Source: a virus. Taken from it: 55,212 bases of DNA. A program made the translations under genes and the position numbers. The notes under the pieces were generated by a model. It had not been told where the DNA came from and did not search any database. It saw nothing but the letters and a program-made list of their open reading frames with translations. The stretch covers positions 1 through 55,212 of the IMG/VR virus record IMGVR_UViG_3300046507_000356; one strand, 5' to 3'. Positions 35,083 to 42,022 of this stretch are shown here, piece by piece (position 1 is the first letter of the stretch; each line of letters starts with the position of its first letter).

Positions 35083-37142
35083 AGAAAGCAGACCGACTGA
35101 AAGTCGTTTCGACCGGCACAAGTGCTGTGTCGCTCGTGCTCGGTGCCGCTGTCACCGGTGGCCGCACGCTCGCGCAGGCGATTTCGGAGGATGCTGGCCA
35201 GCCCAACGCAATCAAGGTCGGCGACACGAACATCGCATTCGTTGTCACCGACAACGCGGGCAACTGGGAGGCAGCCTACTACACCATCACCAGCTCCACG
35301 CAGATCGATCAAACGCAGCGAAAGGGCAGTTCGAACGCCGGCGCCGCAGTGACCTTCAACGGGCAAGGCCTGATCGTGACGAACGACGTTCTTGCAGCCG
35401 ATTTGGCTCGGATGGCGTTTGATCGCGATGTGCCGTTCTCGCAGTCCGTTCCGCTCGATCAGGTAGGTATCACCTGGATGGCGCAGCAGACCGTCGCCGC
35501 TAAGTACACGTTCACGCCCGCAGCTGGCGCAGTGAAAGGCGCGATCGCCACGGTGCGTCTCAAGGCCGATGGCGTGACGGCGAATGCCCCTGACACGTCG
35601 GCATTCAAGACCATCAGCGGCACCGCGCCGTATAACAACGTCACGAATGCGATCAACACGTTCGAGTTCTCGTACGACGGTTACGACTATTGGGTCGCGT
35701 GCAGCCAGGAGGGATCGACGTCGGCCGGTGCCGATACGACGGCCCCGGTACTGAGCAGCCCATCCGCATCATCTACGGGCACCACAACAGGTAGTGGCTC
35801 GGTAACGACGAACGAAGGAAACGGCACGCTGTACGCCCTGGCAACGACCAACAGCACTGAGACGGCTGCCACAATCAAGGCGTCCAGCTTGACGCAAGCG
35901 ATCAGCAGCGCCGGTGCCAAGGCCGTGAATTTTACGGGCCTGTCCGCCTCGACGACATATTACGCGCACTACGTGCATGTCGACGCCGCAGGCAACACCT
36001 CGAACGTCGTCGACTCGACCGGCTTTACGACGGCTGCTGCCGGCGATATGACCCCGCCGACCCTGTCGAGCCCTGTTGGAACGCAGACCGGCCAGAGCAC
36101 AGCAACTGCGACCGTCAGCACGAACGAGGCCAACGGCACGCTGTACTACATGGTTAGTACGAACACGACCGAAACCGCCACGACCGTCAAGGCAGGCTCC
36201 AGCCAGGCCGTTACGGCGACCGGAACCCAAAACGTCAGCTTCTCGGGCCTGACCGCTGGCACGACGTACTACTCACACTTCCTGCATCGCGACGCGGCCG
36301 GCAACGACTCGACCGTGGCAAACGGCCCTGGCTTCACCACGGCGGCGGCCACCGCACCGGGTGCACCGACCATCGGCACCGCTACGGCCGGCGACAGTTC
36401 GGCAACGGTCACGTGGGCCGCACCGGCATCGAACGGCGGCAGCGCGATCACCGGCTACACAATCACCGCATCGCCCGGCGGCGCGACCGGTTCGGCCGCG
36501 GCTGGCGCAACGTCCGGCGCCGTCACTGGCCTGACGAACGGCACTGCCTACACGTTCACCGTGCACACGAATAACGCCGTGGGCGCATCGGCGGAATCCG
36601 CGGCGTCGAACAGCGTCACGCCGGCCTCCATCAGCTACCCGCGCCTGACCAGCTTATCGGCCACGACGACGGAAAGCGGCACTGGCCCTTACACCTACAC
36701 GGGCGGCGGCGCGGCGCTGGCCAGCGAAACGGGCGGCATCAGCTCGAAGTCGCTGCCAGCCAATCAGGACGGATGGGTCGAATTCATCGTGACAGTGCCG
36801 AACGAGGTCATCGTCGGCTTCCGCCTCTTGAACACCGCCGGGACGTACAGCAACATGACGTATTCCTTCTATGCGTCGGGCGTGAACGGGGCGGTTCCGG
36901 CTGGGTATCGATACACCGGCAGCGGAGTCCTGAGCGCCACGCCACAGGCTGGCGACCGTATCCGCGTCATCCGCACCGGGAATATTTGGAAGTTCGCCGT
37001 TGCTCGTGCGGCCACCCCGACAACGTTCGTCGATGTGGCCGGAAGCTCGCTCGACAGAGGCAGCGCGCCGCAGGTATGGCTTGATGCTGTGTGCTCTGGG
37101 TCCGCAGCCGTACAGCTCACGGCTTGGAGCGGCTTCGTATGA
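35079..37142 (+). CDS. Large surface/adhesin-like structural protein: two ~100-aa tandem Ig-like repeats, one FN3 domain, C-terminal jelly-roll/lectin-like domain
   Basis: Repeats ...GTLYALATTN...TTYYAHYVHVDAAGN... and ...GTLYYMVSTN...TTYYSHFLHRDAAGN...; FN3 ...TVTWAAPASNGGSAITGYTIT... Confidence 0.75.
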   Translation: MKKADRLKVVSTGTSAVSLVLGAAVTGGRTLAQAISEDAGQPNAIKVGDTNIAFVVTDNAGNWEAAYYTITSSTQIDQTQRKGSSNAGAAVTFNGQGLIVTNDVLAADLARMAFDRDVPFSQSVPLDQVGITWMAQQTVAAKYTFTPAAGAVKGAIATVRLKADGVTANAPDTSAFKTISGTAPYNNVTNAINTFEFSYDGYDYWVACSQEGSTSAGADTTAPVLSSPSASSTGTTTGSGSVTTNEGNGTLYALATTNSTETAATIKASSLTQAISSAGAKAVNFTGLSASTTYYAHYVHVDAAGNTSNVVDSTGFTTAAAGDMTPPTLSSPVGTQTGQSTATATVSTNEANGTLYYMVSTNTTETATTVKAGSSQAVTATGTQNVSFSGLTAGTTYYSHFLHRDAAGNDSTVANGPGFTTAAATAPGAPTIGTATAGDSSATVTWAAPASNGGSAITGYTITASPGGATGSAAAGATSGAVTGLTNGTAYTFTVHTNNAVGASAESAASNSVTPASISYPRLTSLSATTTESGTGPYTYTGGGAALASETGGISSKSLPANQDGWVEFIVTVPNEVIVGFRLLNTAGTYSNMTYSFYASGVNGAVPAGYRYTGSGVLSATPQAGDRIRVIRTGNIWKFAVARAATPTTFVDVAGSSLDRGSAPQVWLDAVCSGSAAVQLTAWSGFV

Positions 37143-37951
37143 TGCGCCGTCGCGCCATCATTGGGCGCCGCGTAGGTGCGGGCGTCCCGGCGTCCCCCAG
37201 CGGTATCGTATTCGACAGCTCGCTCAACATCGTATGGGACGGAAACTCGCTGGTTGCCAGCACGGGGCCGTCGCAGAACGTCGCGCGCTGCACGGCGAAA
37301 GTCGCCCCGGTGTCGGTCGCAACGGCGGGCGCCAACTTCCTCCCGGACGCGACGTCCGTCGGAACGTCGCCGCTGCGGTACCAAAGCGATAAAGGGATCT
37401 TGGTCACGAACCTTGGGATCGGCGGGCAGTCCTGGCGCAAGATGAATGCTCTAGACGGAGGCAGCGCGACGGATGTAGACGGCGCGTTTAACCCGGCCAA
37501 GACGAATCTGCTGATCACCTGGGAAGGAACGAATTCGCTGACCGGCGGGCGCACTGTGGCGCAAACCGTGCAGGATGCCACCGACTACGTCACCGCCCGC
37601 CGCGCGGCCAATCCATGGGCGAAAATATTCACGGGGACCTGCTTGCCGCGCCTGAACCAGAGTACCGATCAGGCCGCCGTGGACGCCGACAACCTGAAGC
37701 TTGACCAGTACAACGCGTATGTGCTGGCCAACTACAAGGCGATGGGCTTCGACGGAGTGTTCGATGTGCGCAAGGCCGGATCCGCGTTCAATCTGCCGGA
37801 CTACAACATCCAAACGTTCAACGATGCGGCGGCAGCCGCGGGCACGTACTGGGTATCGAGCGATCCGGCTGGGCAGCACATTCACCTGAACTCAGACGGG
37901 TATTGGTACGTCGTGACCACGTTTGTCGCCCCCATGCTGCAGTCAGCATAA
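37139..37951 (+). CDS. SGNH/GDSL-like hydrolase (candidate esterase/deacetylase), 270 aa
   Basis: Blocks WDGNSL, NLGIGGQS, WEGTNS, DPAGQHIHLN; ATGA overlap with the upstream gene. Confidence 0.6.
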   Translation: MMRRRAIIGRRVGAGVPASPSGIVFDSSLNIVWDGNSLVASTGPSQNVARCTAKVAPVSVATAGANFLPDATSVGTSPLRYQSDKGILVTNLGIGGQSWRKMNALDGGSATDVDGAFNPAKTNLLITWEGTNSLTGGRTVAQTVQDATDYVTARRAANPWAKIFTGTCLPRLNQSTDQAAVDADNLKLDQYNAYVLANYKAMGFDGVFDVRKAGSAFNLPDYNIQTFNDAAAAAGTYWVSSDPAGQHIHLNSDGYWYVVTTFVAPMLQSA

Positions 37952-37960
37952 GGAACTCGC

Positions 37961-38893
37961 ATGCTTGGATTTAACGCTATCGGGATGGATGGCATTGGGA
38001 TGAGTGGCGCAAGCTCATCCACTAGCGTTTCGTCCGATCTCACCGTCTTGTATGTCGTGCGATCTGCGGTGTCAGCAGACCTGGCGGCTCAATACGCGGT
38101 CCGCGCGCAGGTTTCGTCTGACCTCAGCACCTCTTACTCGGTGTGCGCTCAGGTATATGCCGATCTGGTTGCGTCGTATTCAGTGCAGGCGCTGGTCATG
38201 TCATCTGTTTCGGCTTCGCTTTCCGCGGCGTACACAGTCTATTCCTCGGTGTCGAGTGATCTCTCGATCACGTTTGCAGTGGAGCCTCCTGTCGAATACG
38301 TGCGCGCGCCGCTCGGTACCGCATGTCGTCATGGTCCGGCCGTTTATCCCGATTCTCTCAAGCGCGTTGGCCTCGTGCAGTCGGCTGTGTCAGTTGACGC
38401 GGCGCGACGTGCTGCCAGGGCAGACGGTGATGAGCTGGATGAAGAGATCGTGACTGCAGCCGAGGCTTACACCGAAGCCGCGGAGCACACCACCGGCCGG
38501 GCCTTCGTGATGCAAGCGTGGCGCGCCGGCTTCCGGGCCTTTGCTGGCGAAATGATCCTGCCGAAGCCGCCGCTGATGAGCATCACGCACGTGTCGTACT
38601 ACGACGAGACCGGTGCACAGCGGACGATCGACCCGCGCGATTACTTCGTCGACGTCGATGCTGAGCCCGCGGTGCTGACGCCGGCGCCGGGGCGAGCCTG
38701 GCCGATGGTGCTTGATCGGGCGAATGCGGTGGAGGTGCAGTACACGGCCGGCTACGGGCCGACTGAGGCGAGCGTGCCGAAGCCGGTCAAGCAGTACGTG
38801 CTCGCCCGTATTCAGCAGCAGTTCTCTCCGGTGGCCACGGCCAAGGATGCGAACTTCGATCGCCTTCTCGACCCTTATCTGGTGTTCCTGTGA
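37961..38893 (+). CDS. Head-tail connector (gp6-like / phiE125 gp8-like) with a repetitive N-terminal extension
   Basis: C-terminal part ...ELDEEIVTAAEAYTEAAEHTTGRAFVMQAWR...VQYTAGYG; N-terminal six ~14-aa repeats. Confidence 0.75.
   Translation: MLGFNAIGMDGIGMSGASSSTSVSSDLTVLYVVRSAVSADLAAQYAVRAQVSSDLSTSYSVCAQVYADLVASYSVQALVMSSVSASLSAAYTVYSSVSSDLSITFAVEPPVEYVRAPLGTACRHGPAVYPDSLKRVGLVQSAVSVDAARRAARADGDELDEEIVTAAEAYTEAAEHTTGRAFVMQAWRAGFRAFAGEMILPKPPLMSITHVSYYDETGAQRTIDPRDYFVDVDAEPAVLTPAPGRAWPMVLDRANAVEVQYTAGYGPTEASVPKPVKQYVLARIQQQFSPVATAKDANFDRLLDPYLVFL
38027..38284 (+). repeat. About six tandem ~42-bp coding repeats (V-S-x-D-L-x3-Y-x-V-x-A-x)
   Basis: Periodicity read in both the DNA and the translated sequence. 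Confidence 0.8.
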
Positions 38894-39198
38894 CCATGAA
38901 CCATCGAATCACATTGATGCGGCGCGAGGCCGGCAAGGACTCTGTCGGCCAGCCCGTCACGGACTGGGTCGACGTTGCCACGATCTGGGCGCACGTGCTT
39001 TTCCAGAGCGGTGCCGAGGTGTTGCGTGCTAACGCTGATGTTTCGGTAAAGCGCGCGTCGATCCGTATTCGGTCCCGCAGGGACATCGATGCGAGTTGGC
39101 GCGTGCGTTACGCGGGCGAGGAGTACGAAGTCAAGGGCTCGCCGCTTCCCGACCGCGATCCAATGTTCATGTTCCTGGTCTGCGAGTGCGCGAAATGA
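38890..39198 (+). CDS. Head closure / head-tail adaptor protein
   Basis: ITLMRREAGKDSVGQPVTDWVDVATIWAHV...IRIRSRRDI pattern. Confidence 0.75.
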   Translation: MTMNHRITLMRREAGKDSVGQPVTDWVDVATIWAHVLFQSGAEVLRANADVSVKRASIRIRSRRDIDASWRVRYAGEEYEVKGSPLPDRDPMFMFLVCECAK

Positions 39199-39716
39199 CC
39201 ATGCTTTCCGTCGATATGGCCAGCGTCACCGCGATGCTTGCCGAAATGGGTGATGCCGCAGAGACCGCGGCTCGACCGGCAGCCCAGGCTGCGGCGCAAG
39301 TTCTCTACGATGAGGTGAAGCGCAACGTCGCCGCCATCCCGGCTAAGACGGGGAAACTGGGTCAGAGTATCTACCAAGTCTATTCGCAGGCGAACAGCGC
39401 GGAGGGGCGTGCAACGTACCACGTCAGCTGGAACGTGAGGAAGGCGCCGCACGGTCACCTTGTCGAATTCGGGCATATCCAGCGGTACGCGACCTACGTC
39501 GGCAGTGACGGACAGTTCTACACCGCCGTACGTCGAGAGTCGCGCGGCAAGCGCAAGCCTGGGCGCCGCGCGTCGCAAGCGGTAAAGGATGCGTACTACG
39601 TTGCGTTGGCCGCCCCTCGTCAGGTGCCAGCGAAATCCTTTGTACGCAAGGCTGAAGTGAAGTTTCCGCAGGCGGCACAAGCCGCAGCGGATGCGCTGCA
39701 TAGGGCGGTCCAATGA
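39195..39716 (+). CDS. HK97 gp10-family tail/neck component
   Basis: ...APHGHLVEFGH... motif; ATGA overlap. Confidence 0.7.
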   Translation: MTMLSVDMASVTAMLAEMGDAAETAARPAAQAAAQVLYDEVKRNVAAIPAKTGKLGQSIYQVYSQANSAEGRATYHVSWNVRKAPHGHLVEFGHIQRYATYVGSDGQFYTAVRRESRGKRKPGRRASQAVKDAYYVALAAPRQVPAKSFVRKAEVKFPQAAQAAADALHRAVQ

Positions 39717-40069
39717 CGCTGGAAGAAAAATTAGTCGCGCTTCTGCAGGCGATCTGCCCGCGAACGTTCCCGGACTTCGCTCCGACGGATACCGCGCGCC
39801 CATACGTGACCTGGCAGCAGATCGGCGGCGATGCGATTGATTTCTTCGACAACGCCTTGCCGTCGAAAGAGAATGCGCTCGTTCAGGTCAACGTCTGGAG
39901 CGACCGGCGCGCCGAGGCCAAAGGCCTTATCAAGCAGATCGAGAATGCGCTGATCACTTCCGCCGCTTTCGACGCGCGCCCGACTGCCGCCGCCGCTTCG
40001 GATGCCGATGCGGACATGCAGCGGTATTGCTCGCGCCAGGACTTCTCTGTGTGGGCTGACCGCCAGTAA
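39713..40069 (+). CDS. Tail completion/terminator protein (DUF3168-like)
   Basis: ...PYVTWQQIGG...VQVNVWSDRRAEAKGL pattern. Confidence 0.7.
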   Translation: MTLEEKLVALLQAICPRTFPDFAPTDTARPYVTWQQIGGDAIDFFDNALPSKENALVQVNVWSDRRAEAKGLIKQIENALITSAAFDARPTAAAASDADADMQRYCSRQDFSVWADRQ

Positions 40070-40090
40070 CCACGATTGACCAATCATCAA

Positions 40091-40123
40091 GCCGCCCCGA
40101 GAGATCCGGGCGGCTTTTTCTTT
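40091..40123 (+). terminator. Intrinsic terminator 1 upstream of the major tail gene
   Basis: GCCGCCC...GGGCGGC followed by TTTTTCTTT. Confidence 0.6.
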
Positions 40124-40142
40124 GCCCGGAAACGGGCGCAAC

Positions 40143-40166
40143 AGCCCGGTCCCGGGCTTTTTTCAT
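40143..40166 (+). terminator. Intrinsic terminator 2 upstream of the major tail gene
   Basis: AGCCCG-gtcc-CGGGCT followed by T6. Confidence 0.6.
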
Positions 40167-40181
40167 TTGAAAGGCCCATAA

Positions 40182-40829
40182 GTGAGCTTCCAACTGCCAA
40201 ACAACATCTCGTTCGCGGTCGCTTCCGCGTACGCCGCCTCGATCAACGTCAGCGCCGCTACGAACGCAGCCGAGTGCGTCCTGACCACGGCGACCAACAC
40301 CTATGCCGTGGGCGACTTCGTCGAGTTCACCAGTGGCTGGAGCAAGGCCACGGGCCGCGTCTTCCGTGTCAAAACCGCGGCGGCGACGTCGGTGACCCTG
40401 GAAGGCTTCGACACGACCGATACCGTGCAGTTCCCGGCAGGCGCCGGCACCGGGTCCGTTCGCAAGATCACGACCTGGCAGTCGATCGTCCAGGTTGTGG
40501 GCTGTGACCCTTCGGGCGGTGACGCGAAGTACGCGAACGTCAACCTCATGGACAGCGATACCGAGATCAACCTGCCGGACGGTTTCTCGGCCACCACCTA
40601 CAGCCTGAGTATCGCCGATGACCCGACGCAGCCGCACAATGCCGTGCTGCGTACCGCATCCAATTCGGCCAAGGTCGCCGCGCTGAAGATGGTCCTGCCG
40701 AGCGGCGCCATCTTGCTGTACAGCGGATACGTGAGTTTCAACGAAAATCCGAGCCTGTCGAAGGGTCAGGTCATGGCCGTGAAGGCAGGCTTCGCCGTGA
40801 CCGGCAAGGTCGTCCGCTACGCCTCGTAA
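40182..40829 (+). CDS. Major tail (tube) protein
   Basis: 215 aa, GTG start, positioned before the chaperone pair and tape measure. Confidence 0.75.
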   Translation: MSFQLPNNISFAVASAYAASINVSAATNAAECVLTTATNTYAVGDFVEFTSGWSKATGRVFRVKTAAATSVTLEGFDTTDTVQFPAGAGTGSVRKITTWQSIVQVVGCDPSGGDAKYANVNLMDSDTEINLPDGFSATTYSLSIADDPTQPHNAVLRTASNSAKVAALKMVLPSGAILLYSGYVSFNENPSLSKGQVMAVKAGFAVTGKVVRYAS

Positions 40830-40876
40830 TCCCGCGTTGCCAGTCGGCGCTCCAACGGGCGGCGCCGGCCTTTACG

Positions 40877-40905
40877 CCGCGGGGTAGCTCCTCGCGGTCT
40901 TTTTC
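40877..40905 (+). terminator. Intrinsic terminator after the major tail gene
   Basis: CCGCGGGG-tagct-CCTCGCGG followed by TCTTTTT. Confidence 0.5.
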
Positions 40906-40926
40906 CATACCTGAAAGACAATAACC

Positions 40927-41352
40927 ATGGCAAAGAAAATCATCTTGGGCAAGCGCCCGACTTCGTTCAAACGCGTCGTCTCCTTCCCAATGCCCGGCGA
41001 AGAAGCCGGCAGTATCGAAGTGGACTTCAAGTATCGCACTCGTTCGGAGCACGCTGAATTTACCGACAAGCTGCAGGCAGACGTGAAGGCGGAGGCCGAT
41101 GCCGAGGTTGCGCGCGTGCGAGCCGCCATCGACGCAGGCGAGAGGGTCACCGATCCGACCCAGGCGGAGATCACCGCGCGCCAGAACGCCTTCAACGTCC
41201 GCTACCTGCTGGGCGTGGTCAACAGCTGGAACCTCGATGTGCCATTCGATAAGGAGTCGGCCATGCAGCTCGTCGACGAACTGCCGGCCGCAGTCGGCGC
41301 GATCATCACCGACTACCGTTCGGCCATCGTTGAGGGCCGCTTGGGAAACTGA
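40927..41352 (+). CDS. Tail assembly chaperone (G-like)
   Basis: Position before the tape measure; ends at the slippery heptamer. Confidence 0.8.
   Translation: MAKKIILGKRPTSFKRVVSFPMPGEEAGSIEVDFKYRTRSEHAEFTDKLQADVKAEADAEVARVRAAIDAGERVTDPTQAEITARQNAFNVRYLLGVVNSWNLDVPFDKESAMQLVDELPAAVGAIITDYRSAIVEGRLGN
41343..41349 (+). promoter_or_regulatory. -1 programmed ribosomal frameshift heptamer G GGA AAC
   Basis: X XXY YYZ in the zero frame, 1 nt before stop TGA; the -1 frame is open into ORF 41370..41672. Confidence 0.75.
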
Positions 41353-41369
41353 GGGAAATCGCCCGCGAG

Positions 41370-41672
41370 ATGTTCACCCCGCCGCCGAGCAAGGAGGACA
41401 TCGCAAAGATGAAGGAATTCGGCTTCACGCCGGAAGACTACGCGGGCGACGACGTCGAGGTATGGCCGGAGAACGAGCGGGCCTACTTCCTGTTCGGTGA
41501 GATCCGGACGCAGTGGCGAATGGGCTCGATGGGCCCGACAGGGCTGGACTACGGCGTGCTGTTCCAGAAGATGGATCGTATGCGCCTGGAGCCCGACGAA
41601 TACGATGAGCTCGAGGCGGATATCCGGACGATGGAATTCGCCGCCCTGGAGGCGATGAGTGCGAGGGATTGA
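41370..41672 (+). CDS. Tail assembly chaperone T-part (DUF1799-like), probably made as a G-T fusion
   Basis: ...FGFTPEDY...VWPENERAYFLFGEIRTQW...GLDYGVL pattern; in the -1 frame relative to G. Confidence 0.75.
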   Translation: MFTPPPSKEDIAKMKEFGFTPEDYAGDDVEVWPENERAYFLFGEIRTQWRMGSMGPTGLDYGVLFQKMDRMRLEPDEYDELEADIRTMEFAALEAMSARD

Positions 41673-41720
41673 CGCACGTCCCCGCCCGGCCACCATAGGT
41701 ATCACAATAGATAAGCAAAA

Positions 41721-41753
41721 GGCCCTGACGCGGGAAACGTTCAGGGCCTTTTT
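41721..41753 (+). terminator. Intrinsic terminator after the chaperone genes
   Basis: GGCCCTGACG...CGTTCAGGGCC followed by T5. Confidence 0.65.
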
Positions 41754-41787
41754 ATTTCCTCCGTACTGATCTACGAAAGAACATGGA

Positions 41788-41964
41788 ATGAATGATAGCA
41801 CCAACCGGCCGCGAATGAAGCTGGCCATCGAATGGTTGAAAGGTCTCAAGATGGATATACCACACAGCAAGTGGGTCATGTTTTCGGTCGGCGTTTATGT
41901 GCTAGCCGCAGCATTCGACAAGATCGCTTCCGCGGTCGGTTCATTGGTGCCGCTGCTCCACTAG
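41788..41964 (+). CDS. Small membrane protein (58 aa) inserted between the chaperones and tape measure
   Basis: MNDSTNRPRMKLAIEWLKGLKMDIPHSKWVMFSVGVYVLAAAF...; lower-GC island flanked by terminators. Confidence 0.45.
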   Translation: MNDSTNRPRMKLAIEWLKGLKMDIPHSKWVMFSVGVYVLAAAFDKIASAVGSLVPLLH

Positions 41965-41988
41965 CCAAGACGCAAGAATAACGATACG

Positions 41989-42010
41989 GCCGCTCAACGC
42001 GGCTTTTTTT
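41989..42010 (+). terminator. Intrinsic terminator before the tape measure gene
   Basis: GCCGC-tcaac-GCGGC followed by T7. Confidence 0.6.
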
Positions 42011-42022
42011 ATGGGTGCATGA

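Noticed and set aside
38027-38284. Regular ~42-bp periodic repeats as a possible CRISPR array
   Set aside because: The repeats are contiguous with no spacers, imperfect, in frame and inside a long ORF. They are coding tandem repeats.
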